Positions 16,651-25,626 of a stretch of 32,000 bases of DNA are shown here, piece by piece. The stretch comes from Planctopirus limnophila DSM 3776 (lineage in GTDB: Bacteria; Planctomycetota; Planctomycetia; Planctomycetales; Planctomycetaceae). Below the pieces are notes generated by a model. It saw only the letters and a program-made list of their open reading frames with translations. It did no database searches and was not told the origin of the DNA. The stretch is from NCBI RefSeq assembly GCF_000092105.1, contig NC_014148.1, forward strand, positions 750,001 to 782,000, read 5' to 3'. Positions within the stretch are counted from its first letter, which is position 1. Each line of letters opens with the position of its first letter. The translations under genes and the position numbers were made by a program.

Positions 16651-17682
16651 CTACTTTTTGGAAGTGTTGGTTTTGGTGGTGTTTTTTCTGCTGTTCTGGC
16701 TGGAGGTTTTGGGGGCAGAGTCGGTTTTATAATCAGCATCAGGGCCGTTGTTATCTGACCAGAGCCAGCGCATGGCGTCGGGGAAGATGACACCGCCGTG
16801 ATTGCCGTTGTGGGCACCTTTACCTTCGACGATCTTGTAATCGTAGCCTTTATATTTAAAAGAACTGGCCATCTGCTTATTGGCGAGATACCAGTTGCCG
16901 AACTGATTATCGACATCGAACTCGTTGGCTTGCAGAAAGACTTTAATCGGCTTTTTCTCAGTTTTGCGGATGAGCGTGGGATAGACATAACCGCCGCGGA
17001 TATCGGTAAAGCTTCCGACCTGTGTCATGACTTTGCGGAAACTGTCGGGGCGTTCCCACGCGACGGTGAAAGCACAAATCCCTCCCGAAGAAATGCCACA
17101 GATGGCACGCTGGTTAGGATCATCCGTAATGTTGTACTTGGCTTTGACACGGGGAAGGACATCCTCGTGCAGGAAGCGGGCATAGGTGTCGCCCAGTGAA
17201 TCGTATTCCACGCTGCGGTGATCAGTTTTCCAGGGAGTTTCGGGGAGTTTGCCCTTATTGCCAGGATTGATGAAGACGGCAATGATAGGTGGCAATTCTT
17301 TGGCGTGAATCAGATTGTCGAGGACGACGGGAACTCGGAAATCACCTTTCTCACCCAGGTAGGTATGTCCATCCTGAAAGACCATGAGGGCTGTCGGTTC
17401 GCCCTTGTATTGAGTGGGAACGTAGATCGCGCACTCGCGAAATGTGCCGGGATAGACCTTGCTGTCATTCAGTTCGAACTTTTCAATCTTGCCGCGAGGG
17501 ACGCTTTCTTTACGCTCGGAATCAGGCCCGTGCTCGTACTTTTGAGGCTCTTCCGCTCTCAATACGGATACGTGGCTCAACAGGAGGCACAAAATGACTC
17601 CGTATGAAAGTGCCGAGGCGATTCCCCACGGACGGGAACGGAGCGATGAATGTGGAGAAGTCGTGGTGGTCGTCAGGTTCAT
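16651..17682 (-). CDS. Secreted esterase (esterase D / enterochelin-esterase-like alpha/beta hydrolase)
   Basis: 343-aa ORF with a signal peptide and the nucleophile elbow GISSGG in AICGISSGGICAF. Its architecture is typical of the putative-esterase family. It has a low-complexity Ser/Thr/Lys tail. Confidence 0.8.
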   Translation of the reverse strand: MNLTTTTTSPHSSLRSRPWGIASALSYGVILCLLLSHVSVLRAEEPQKYEHGPDSERKESVPRGKIEKFELNDSKVYPGTFRECAIYVPTQYKGEPTALMVFQDGHTYLGEKGDFRVPVVLDNLIHAKELPPIIAVFINPGNKGKLPETPWKTDHRSVEYDSLGDTYARFLHEDVLPRVKAKYNITDDPNQRAICGISSGGICAFTVAWERPDSFRKVMTQVGSFTDIRGGYVYPTLIRKTEKKPIKVFLQANEFDVDNQFGNWYLANKQMASSFKYKGYDYKIVEGKGAHNGNHGGVIFPDAMRWLWSDNNGPDADYKTDSAPKTSSQNSRKNTTKTNTSKK

Positions 17683-17995
17683 GGGGATTCTCCGCGATGG
17701 AACTCGAAGTCAGGATGTGGCGTCGAAGGTGACTGAAAAATGATCACACTGGAGATGTCATTCAAGAGACTGAAGATCTCGTCGATCGACCTCCCCAACT
17801 GATAGTCTTTTACGGAAGCATGGAGAAGTTTTGATTGACTTTCCAGAGGACAAACGAGGAATTTGAGTCAGAGGCAGAATTCAATCTGGCTTTCTCGCGT
17901 AGGGAACTGGGACGGTGCACTTGACGATCAGGCCGGGCGAACAAACGATATGGAGAGATAACCGACTTATTCGAACCGCAATTTTCCAAGGATGA

Positions 17996-19522
17996 TTGAT
18001 GTCCAGCATTGCTGCAGCACCTGCCGGCCCTTATGACGAACTTTGTCAGCAACTTCGAGAAGTCGCAGTGTTGAGTTCATGCAATGCCGTCCTGTCGTGG
18101 GATGAACAGACTGGTATGCCTGCTGAAGGTTCTGCGTTTCGTGCCGAGCAGGTGGGGATGATTGCGGGGCTCGTGCATGAAAAAGCCACCCATCCTCGTG
18201 TGGGGGAATTGCTGCAGGAGTTGTCTCAGGCCACTGCCGATGAAGACTCGGTTGCCGCAGCCAATGTTCGCGAAGCACGTCGCAATTACGAGAGATCAAA
18301 GAAGCTCCCAAGGAGGCTAGTCGAAGAGTTATCCAAGACCACGAGCCTGGCTCAACAAGCCTGGATCAAGGCCCGCAAAGATCAGGATTTTCCGGCATTT
18401 CTGCCCTGGCTCGAGAAGATGGTTCTCTTGAAACGGGAAGAAGCTCAAGTTGTGGGCTACGGCAACGGGCACCCTTATGACGCCCTGCTCGATGAATACG
18501 AACCGGGGGCCACAGCTGCCTCGATTCAGGAAGTCTTTGGAGCCTTGCGACCAAGGCTTGTCGATCTGATCGGGCGTATTCAAGGTTCATCGACCAAACC
18601 CGGCAAAGAAATCGCGGAGCGGCATTATCCCAAAGCGGCCCAAAAAGTGTTTGCCGAGGCAGCGGCTCGATGTATTGGCTTCAGCTTTGAGCGAGGCCGG
18701 CTCGATGAATCGGCCCATCCATTCTGCTCAGGGGTGGGGCCTGGTGATGTGCGGTTGACCACAAGATATCTGGATCATCATTTCAACTCGGCATTTTTTG
18801 GTGTCCTGCATGAAGCGGGGCACGGCATTTACGAACAGGGATTGCCTGAAGATCAGTTTGGTCTGGGATGTGGGACAGCCTGTTCGCTGGGAGTTCACGA
18901 ATCCCAATCACGGCTTTGGGAGAACTTTGTGGGCCGAAGTATGGCCTTCTGGAATTACTTTTATCCTGGGGCAGTGCAGGCATTTCCCACGGCGCTGAAG
19001 GAAGTCAGCCAGGACGAGTTTTATCAGGCGATTAACGTCGTGGAGCCTTCATTCATTCGAGTCGAGGCCGATGAGGCGACGTATAATCTCCACATCATGC
19101 TGAGGTTTGAAATTGAACTGAAGCTGATTTCTGGTGAATTGAAGCCTGCCGATCTGCCATCGGCCTGGAACAGTGCTTTCCAGCGGGATTTCTCGATTGT
19201 GCCTCCTAACGATGCAGTGGGATGCATGCAGGATATTCACTGGAGCGCGGGGCTGTTTGGTTACTTTCCCACATACGCACTGGGCAATCTTTATGCAGGG
19301 ATGCTGTTTGAAGCGGCCAGTCGAGATCTGGGCGAACTGCAGGCTCAGTTTTCCCGTGGTGAATTTCTGCCATTGAAGGAATGGCTCAAGGAAAAAGTTC
19401 ATCAGTGGGGACGCCGATACACCGCCCCGGCCCTGATCGAAAAAGCCACAGGGCAAAAACTGACGCACGAGCCGCTTTTGCGGCATCTGGAAGCGAAATA
19501 CAGTGCGATCTATTCACTTTAG
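17996..19522 (+). CDS. Carboxypeptidase Taq-type metallopeptidase (M32)
   Basis: 508-aa ORF with HEAGHGIYEQG (HExxH), GVHESQSRLWEN, IRVEADEATYNLHI, DIHWS and GYFPTYALGN. All are M32 signatures. Confidence 0.9.
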   Translation: MMSSIAAAPAGPYDELCQQLREVAVLSSCNAVLSWDEQTGMPAEGSAFRAEQVGMIAGLVHEKATHPRVGELLQELSQATADEDSVAAANVREARRNYERSKKLPRRLVEELSKTTSLAQQAWIKARKDQDFPAFLPWLEKMVLLKREEAQVVGYGNGHPYDALLDEYEPGATAASIQEVFGALRPRLVDLIGRIQGSSTKPGKEIAERHYPKAAQKVFAEAAARCIGFSFERGRLDESAHPFCSGVGPGDVRLTTRYLDHHFNSAFFGVLHEAGHGIYEQGLPEDQFGLGCGTACSLGVHESQSRLWENFVGRSMAFWNYFYPGAVQAFPTALKEVSQDEFYQAINVVEPSFIRVEADEATYNLHIMLRFEIELKLISGELKPADLPSAWNSAFQRDFSIVPPNDAVGCMQDIHWSAGLFGYFPTYALGNLYAGMLFEAASRDLGELQAQFSRGEFLPLKEWLKEKVHQWGRRYTAPALIEKATGQKLTHEPLLRHLEAKYSAIYSL

Positions 19523-19612
19523 GGCCTTATGAACAACCAGATCGTGGCCAGCCATTTCGGTTAAGCGCGATGATCAACTGGCGGTAATCACCGCTGACTG
19601 AGGAGTAGAATT

Positions 19613-20134
19613 ATGTCTCAGCGAGCATTTTTATATACGCTGGCCGGTGTGGTGATCGCTGTGGTGATCTTCACTCGCATTTACTTTCCCACAAAAACCG
19701 GGGGAGAGTTCCAGAGACAGGGAGCCTTACCCGCATTTGCGGAGGAAGGCTGGATCAATGGGCCCGGCCCGACGGCCGAAGAACTGAAAGGAAAAGTTCT
19801 CGTTATTGATCTCTGGGCATTCTGGTGCGGGCCCTGTAAGCGGGCTGTGCCAGAAATCATTGCGCTGAAAGAGACGTTTGCTCCTAGGGGTGTGGTCTTT
19901 CTGGGAGTGACCAATGAGGGAAAAGAGCGACTGAAAGAGAGTGAAGCGTTTGTCAAAGAGACAGCCATTCCGTGGCCGAACGCTTATGGTGCCGAGTCGT
20001 TTTTTGATGAGCTGTCGGTCGAGGGAATCCCGACTATTCTTGTGGTGGGACGTGATGGGCAGATTGTCTGGCGGGAACATCACCCTGAGGGAATCGAGAA
20101 AGCTATCGAGACAGCACTTGCTGAGGTGAAGTGA
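19613..20134 (+). CDS. TlpA/ResA-like membrane-anchored thiol-disulfide oxidoreductase
   Basis: 173-aa ORF with GAGGAG 6 nt upstream. It has an N-terminal TM helix, the WCGPC active site and a cis-Pro region GIPT. Confidence 0.85.
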   Translation: MSQRAFLYTLAGVVIAVVIFTRIYFPTKTGGEFQRQGALPAFAEEGWINGPGPTAEELKGKVLVIDLWAFWCGPCKRAVPEIIALKETFAPRGVVFLGVTNEGKERLKESEAFVKETAIPWPNAYGAESFFDELSVEGIPTILVVGRDGQIVWREHHPEGIEKAIETALAEVK

Positions 20135-20136
20135 CT

Positions 20137-21210
20137 TCAGGCGCGATCCCAGGCAAAGCTCATGACGTCGGCAATCGTACTCGTGCCCAGTGCCAGCATG
20201 ACGAGTCGATCAAAACCTAACGAGACACCCGTGGCTGATGGGAAATTGGCAGCCATGGCCGACATGAGACGTTGTGGTGGGTTGATGGGAGGAAGACCAG
20301 CCTTCTCGCGCAGGCGGGCATGTGTTTGAGCGCGGTGAGCCAGCTCGACTGGATCAGTCAGTTCGTGGTAGCCATTGCAGAGCTCCACACCATCGATGTA
20401 AAGCTCGAATCGATTGGCCACTTCTGGCCCGGCAGGATAGAGCGGCCTCGTCGTAGCCAACCCGGCCTGTGAAGCTGGATAATCCATCAAAACAACCGGT
20501 CGATCAAAGCCGAGCCGAGGTTCAATAGCATTCACGAGTAGATCATTCAGCCAGCCATCGCGGTCATCTTCATCGAGGCCGGGCAGATCCAATTGCAGTT
20601 GCCGGGCTTTGGCAATCAGTTCGGCCACAGGAACATCCAGAGCAGCCAGACCCAGAAATCTCTCGAACGCGGCACTATAGGTTAATCGCTCGAATGCCGT
20701 TGAGGGGAGCAATCGGCCGCTGCTGACCGGTCGTGAAAAATCATGGGTTCGGGGTGCCGTTTGAATTCTCAGTCGGGTCGCTTCAGAGAAGAAGAGCCGG
20801 ATGAAGTTCTCGACAAACTGGATCTGATCAGTGAGTTCACCTTCAGGAAAGTACCATTCCAGTAGGGTGAATTCAGGATTATGTCTGGGCCCGAAATCTC
20901 CTTTGCGGAACCCTCTGCTGAACTGAAAAATGGGCCCTGAGCCAGCAGCGAGCAATCGCTTCATGTGTGCTTCGGGAGACGTCTGCAGAAACAGAGGTCT
21001 TTCCGTCACGGCATCTGTCGTGATAAAGGGATCACTCCAGCTGTCGAGCACCATTTCTGATGACAGAATGGGCGTGGTCACTTCCCAGTACCCCGCCTGC
21101 AGAAAAAACTGACGTGCTGCTGCCATTAAGCTGGAACGTAGCTTCAGGAGACTCATCGAAGCCGAAGGGAGATAGTCATCAGCCAGCACGTCGGTTGTTC
21201 TTTCCATCAC
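20137..21210 (-). CDS. epmA: EF-P--(R)-beta-lysine ligase-like protein (LysRS class II catalytic core without anticodon-binding domain)
   Basis: 357-aa ORF. Motif 2 is FRKGDFGPRHNPEFTLLEWY and motif 3 is GVSLGFDRLVML. It begins directly at the catalytic core, as in EpmA/PoxA/GenX. Confidence 0.75.
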   Translation of the reverse strand: MMERTTDVLADDYLPSASMSLLKLRSSLMAAARQFFLQAGYWEVTTPILSSEMVLDSWSDPFITTDAVTERPLFLQTSPEAHMKRLLAAGSGPIFQFSRGFRKGDFGPRHNPEFTLLEWYFPEGELTDQIQFVENFIRLFFSEATRLRIQTAPRTHDFSRPVSSGRLLPSTAFERLTYSAAFERFLGLAALDVPVAELIAKARQLQLDLPGLDEDDRDGWLNDLLVNAIEPRLGFDRPVVLMDYPASQAGLATTRPLYPAGPEVANRFELYIDGVELCNGYHELTDPVELAHRAQTHARLREKAGLPPINPPQRLMSAMAANFPSATGVSLGFDRLVMLALGTSTIADVMSFAWDRA

Positions 21211-21221
21211 AAAGCGGAAGT

Positions 21222-22547
21222 TCAGTTATTGGCCAGATTATAGACCATCAAAACATCCTGATCACGCAGGTAGAGTTTGCCGCCAACAACCACGGGATGC
21301 GACCAGCAGGGTTCGTTGGTGACATTGGGGCGGAAGGAGCCTTTGAGGTTGTAGCCATCGGGAGTGGCTCCCACGAGAGCGACTTCTCCAGACTCATAAC
21401 GGAAGATGATATTGCCATCCGCAGCGACAATTGCCGCCGAGCGTGAACCAGCACCGCGCTGACGGCCACCCCAGACGATCTTGCCAGTTTTCCATTCGAC
21501 ACAGACCGGAAAACCATTGTTATGGCCATGGCCCATGTAGACGTAGTCGCCCAGCATGACCATGCCGCCGTGATGGTTCTGTAGTTCATTGGCAGGTTTG
21601 TAATAGACTTCGTCGGCAGAGAATTTTGTTCCTTTTTTGGTGATCTTCAGCAGAGCGGTGCCACCTTCGCTGTAACCTGAGGAGGCGAAAACATAGTCGC
21701 CACTGGCAATGGGTGTGGGGATGTTGGCCGTCGGGTTGGCAACACGGTTGTAGCCCCACAATGGCTGGCCATTGGTGGCACGCACACCGATGACACCTCG
21801 ACCCACGAGCTGAACATACTGCTTCACACCGCCTGCTTCGCTGACAATGATCGACGAGTAACCAGCGCCGGAACCACCCGATTCGCCAAAATCGGGAACG
21901 GCTGACTTCCACATGAGTTTGCCAGTGCTTTTCTGCAGGGCGATGATCATCGCACTATTGCTGCCCGGTGTGCAGAGGACGCGCTCTTCGTCAACGAGTG
22001 GGGACTCGGAGAAGCCCCAGCTGGACATCATTTTGCCGCCGAACTCTTTGACGAAATCCTTGCGCCAGAGAGGCTTGCCATCGGCAGCATTCAGGCAGAC
22101 GAGAGCCCCGTTCGAAGCGACCGCATAGACCTTGCCATCGGAGACTGCGGGAGTTGTTCGTGAGCCTTCGTACCCATGCTTGGGGACTTCATTGGTAATG
22201 GGGGTAGCCCACTTGATTTTTTTCGTTTTGAGATCGATAGCAAAGACCGATTGTGTGGAGCCTTTATTGCCAGAGGTATACAGCACATCATCGACAATCG
22301 AGACACTCGCGTAGCCTGCCCCCAGGCCTTCGACCTGGTAGAGCAGTTCGGGCTGATTGGTTTCCCAATTGGGTATGAGATCTTTATCGGTACTGATGGC
22401 ATCACGATTGGGACCACGCCAACCGGGCCAGTCAGTTGTTCGTTCAGCAGCCAGAGCGAGTGGGGCAGCGATCGATAACATTGAGAAGCTCAGAGCCGAT
22501 CTCCAAAGAGCTGCCCACTTGATGTTCCGCAATTGTCCATGAATCAT
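21222..22547 (-). CDS. Secreted PQQ-like (BamB-type) beta-propeller repeat protein
   Basis: 441-aa ORF with a signal peptide and DWPGWRGPNRD at the mature N-terminus. It shows the repeated propeller-blade pattern (G.VY...G.L.ALD..TGK..W). Its stop lies 11 nt before the epmA-like start. Confidence 0.8.
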   Translation of the reverse strand: MIHGQLRNIKWAALWRSALSFSMLSIAAPLALAAERTTDWPGWRGPNRDAISTDKDLIPNWETNQPELLYQVEGLGAGYASVSIVDDVLYTSGNKGSTQSVFAIDLKTKKIKWATPITNEVPKHGYEGSRTTPAVSDGKVYAVASNGALVCLNAADGKPLWRKDFVKEFGGKMMSSWGFSESPLVDEERVLCTPGSNSAMIIALQKSTGKLMWKSAVPDFGESGGSGAGYSSIIVSEAGGVKQYVQLVGRGVIGVRATNGQPLWGYNRVANPTANIPTPIASGDYVFASSGYSEGGTALLKITKKGTKFSADEVYYKPANELQNHHGGMVMLGDYVYMGHGHNNGFPVCVEWKTGKIVWGGRQRGAGSRSAAIVAADGNIIFRYESGEVALVGATPDGYNLKGSFRPNVTNEPCWSHPVVVGGKLYLRDQDVLMVYNLANN

Positions 22548-22712
22548 GTGCTTCCTCTTTCCGGAGTGGCTCGCGTGATTTTGAAATCAACCTGTGTTGA
22601 TGTTGTCTTCTGTTCAACCGGCGAGATCAAGAGGCCTCAGGATGGTTTTTTGATGAAACTGAAATACTGCACATTTCATTAACCGTGCGAGGCAATCGCG
22701 ATCAAAACGAGC

Positions 22713-23894
22713 TTACCAGATGGAACACAGCCACTGTTCGAGTTCGGCTGGCGAGATCGGACGCGGATTGCCTTGCAGGCTGTTTCCTTGAGAGAGCTCG
22801 ACAAGTTGTGGGATCATCTCCTGGGTAACACCAAGATTCCGCAATCGCTGGGGGATCTGGCACAGGTGTACCAGATGAGTGATCCGCTCAATCAACTGGG
22901 TTGCTGCCGAGGTGTTGGGTGTTGCAGAGAGACCTGCGGATCTGGCCATGATTTCAAGTGCTGACTGACTGGTCGAAAAATTGTAAGCCAACGTATGAGG
23001 CAACATCACAGCACAGGCGAGACCATGGGGCACAGGGAGTATCGCTCCCAGACCGGCGGCCACACCATGTGCAGCACCCAGACCGGAGTTCGCCAATGCC
23101 ACACCAGACAGATAAGCGGCCGAGAGCATTTTGCCGCGAGCATCGAGATTCTCGGGCTCCTGCAACAATTGCTCGAAAGCGGGGAGCCCCCAGGCCAACC
23201 CCTGCTGGGAAAGCATGAACGTGTAGGGCGTCGCCCGACTGCTGATGGCACTTTCGAGTAGTTGAGTTAAGGCATCAAGCCCTGACGAGATGGTCACTTG
23301 CCGGGGGAGTGAGAGTGTCCATTCGGGATCGAGAAAGACCGCTTGTGCGTAAAGTTCGTCGGAGCGAAAGCTCTTTTTAAACGGCGTGCTGGTAGAAGAG
23401 TCGTCTGAAGAAATGACGGCATTGCGAGTGGCTTCGGATCCGGTTCCAGCAGTAGTTGGTAATGCGATCCAGCGGAGTGGGGCCTGAATCAGTTTGGCAC
23501 CTGTGCCGACACCTTCCAGATAATCCTGGCAGGATCTCACTTCCTTTTGTGTGGCCAGACCACAGGCGGCTTTCACCATATCGATGGACGAGCCACCACC
23601 CACGACAATCACGACATCGTCCGGCCCGGCAGACAATTCTCGAAGTGAGTGGGCCAGGTGATTGACATCATCAACCTGAGGCTCTCGTGCAGGCAATTGC
23701 AGACTGCACTCGACGGGCAACTGCTTCTGGAAATCTTCGAGCCACTGCTGGCAGAGAGAAGATTGTCTTAGTGTCCGACTTCCCACAAGAACAATCGCTC
23801 GACGGGCAAGAGCTTTGGCGAGCGGGATGACCTCATTTCGCACCCTGGGCCCAAACTTGACGAGTTTAGGGCCATTTAACTGCCATGACTGCAT
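22713..23894 (-). CDS. Iron-containing (group III) alcohol dehydrogenase family protein
   Basis: 393-aa ORF with GGGSSIDMVKA (the GGGSxxDxxK motif) and the metal-ligand His region GAAHGVAAGLG...PHGLACAVMLPH. Confidence 0.85.
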   Translation of the reverse strand: MQSWQLNGPKLVKFGPRVRNEVIPLAKALARRAIVLVGSRTLRQSSLCQQWLEDFQKQLPVECSLQLPAREPQVDDVNHLAHSLRELSAGPDDVVIVVGGGSSIDMVKAACGLATQKEVRSCQDYLEGVGTGAKLIQAPLRWIALPTTAGTGSEATRNAVISSDDSSTSTPFKKSFRSDELYAQAVFLDPEWTLSLPRQVTISSGLDALTQLLESAISSRATPYTFMLSQQGLAWGLPAFEQLLQEPENLDARGKMLSAAYLSGVALANSGLGAAHGVAAGLGAILPVPHGLACAVMLPHTLAYNFSTSQSALEIMARSAGLSATPNTSAATQLIERITHLVHLCQIPQRLRNLGVTQEMIPQLVELSQGNSLQGNPRPISPAELEQWLCSIW

Positions 23895-23950
23895 GTTGAC
23901 TGCTCCCGAAACGACAATCCTGACTATGGATTGTACGGCTCGGGGGAGTT

Positions 23951-25405
23951 TTAGCGAGTGGCCTTACCCGATGTGCCTGAAGCTACATGGGGAGCTTCTG
24001 CAAAGTGCAATGGCTGTGCCTGGTACTTCACCACATCAGCACCGGGATAGTAATGCTGCACAATGCCTTGAGCGGTAAGACCTGTTTGCGCCATGCCACG
24101 CGCCCCCCATTGGCAGAAACCCACGCAATGACCGCTCCCCTGGCCTTCGATTTCGATCTGATCGTTGGTGAGCTTCAGCGAAAACTGAGGACTGGGAAGC
24201 TCGCGATTTCCGAGCATACGACGCAGTTCAATCGAAGATAACTGCTGGAAGTTGCGACCATCAGTCAAGGTAAACGTGGGTAAACTCCCTTTGCTATCCT
24301 GCCGCATACGAATGGTCATGAGAGTCGCGAGGTTCGCGGAAGACATCGTCGAGAGGTCAGCAGATTTTCGAGAATCTGAGAGTTTCTGCAACAGATCCTG
24401 CCCCGAGATACTGGCCTGCCAGCGGTAAAGAGGTGCATTGCGGCATCCCTCGCAAACAACACTCTTCAGGCACGGTGCGGTGCGTTGGGACATTGTCTGT
24501 CCATCGAGAGTTCTGCCACCGCAAACGGCTGAATAATAGCTGGTGATGATCTGCCCTTCATAGGTCACGACCATGCCGGCCGTGCTTTGTGCGGCAGCAA
24601 TTCCGGCAGCCGTTTCTCCTTTGAGGCGACGACCTTCGCGATTGATGTATTCCGCCCCGAGATACTTCTGGCTGCGGGTTGAGGCGTAGACATCAAACAA
24701 AGCCGAAGGCAGAGCGGTCTTATGCCGGGCAATGGCATAGGTGCGTGCGACAATCGCTTGTGCGCAGCGGGCCTCCTGAGGAAAAGTGGCGGGCATTTCA
24801 CTATCGACGACGGTCGCCACATAAGTTTCCAGGGGAACATGATTCACGAGAGAGAACGTGGGTTTAAGTTTCAAGCCTTGTTCAGAGCCAGTGCGATGAA
24901 CTGTCATCGAGCCGCGATAGAAATGATTGTCGAAGCCCAGCAAGGCATTTCCCTGAGGAAGAATGCGGATAGCGGATGTATCGAGCAGATGCGGCCCAAC
25001 TCGTAAACCCGTGGGCATAGCCTCAATAGTGGCGGCTCTCAAAAGTTGACCGTGGGCCAGTGGCCGACCGGAGACGAAATCGTGAATGATGTAAGGTGCG
25101 GTACATTCCACAGTGGCTGACGAGAGCAGACCCTCGTGTAAAACAACACGAATCTGCTGCGGTTCAAAGCGGGAAGCTGGTGCAGAACCAGGGATCCCTC
25201 CGGAGGTGAAGCTACTGCGGCGAACATCGACATCGACTAAAGGCCCCAGTTCTGGTGACCGACTGCGTAACTGATGGAGGCCAGCCAGCATGACAAGGAG
25301 AAAGATGCCGGGAATGATCATCAAAACAGCGGCTGTCGAATCCTTACGATGGCGGATCTGAGCTGGCATGACGCATCCTTGCGAGTGACCGGCAGGGCAA
25401 AACAT
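23951..25405 (-). CDS. SpoIID/LytB domain protein
   Basis: 484-aa ORF with an N-terminal TM helix. SpoIID-typical motifs are YSAVCGGRT and GHCVGFCQWGA. An alternative start, ATG at 25369, has AAGGA 7 nt upstream. Confidence 0.85.
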   Translation of the reverse strand: MFCPAGHSQGCVMPAQIRHRKDSTAAVLMIIPGIFLLVMLAGLHQLRSRSPELGPLVDVDVRRSSFTSGGIPGSAPASRFEPQQIRVVLHEGLLSSATVECTAPYIIHDFVSGRPLAHGQLLRAATIEAMPTGLRVGPHLLDTSAIRILPQGNALLGFDNHFYRGSMTVHRTGSEQGLKLKPTFSLVNHVPLETYVATVVDSEMPATFPQEARCAQAIVARTYAIARHKTALPSALFDVYASTRSQKYLGAEYINREGRRLKGETAAGIAAAQSTAGMVVTYEGQIITSYYSAVCGGRTLDGQTMSQRTAPCLKSVVCEGCRNAPLYRWQASISGQDLLQKLSDSRKSADLSTMSSANLATLMTIRMRQDSKGSLPTFTLTDGRNFQQLSSIELRRMLGNRELPSPQFSLKLTNDQIEIEGQGSGHCVGFCQWGARGMAQTGLTAQGIVQHYYPGADVVKYQAQPLHFAEAPHVASGTSGKATR

Positions 25406-25542
25406 GGACGGGACTGGTTCTGCTCAAAGAATTTATCGAGCCAAACGAGGCCAAGCCGCGGTCAAGATTAGGCGTTTTTGCACTTTTGAACCAGACAAGT
25501 TTGGTCGATGGCCAGGATGGATGATCGCTGTCTGGATGCGAA

Positions 25543-25576
25543 ATCAGCCCGCGAAGAATTGTCTTCGCGGGCTGAT
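25543..25576 (-). terminator. Strong hairpin downstream of the TPR/alpha-CTD gene (terminator-like, poor U-tract)
   Basis: Perfect 15-bp stem ATCAGCCCGCGAAGA/TCTTCGCGGGCTGAT with loop ATTG, 50 nt past the stop at 25627. On the minus strand only TT follows, so it is not a canonical intrinsic terminator. Confidence 0.5.
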
Positions 25577-25626
25577 CTGGCAAATGGTCTGGCTCTGTTC
25601 TTTCGATGAAGAGCAGGGCTCAGAAA

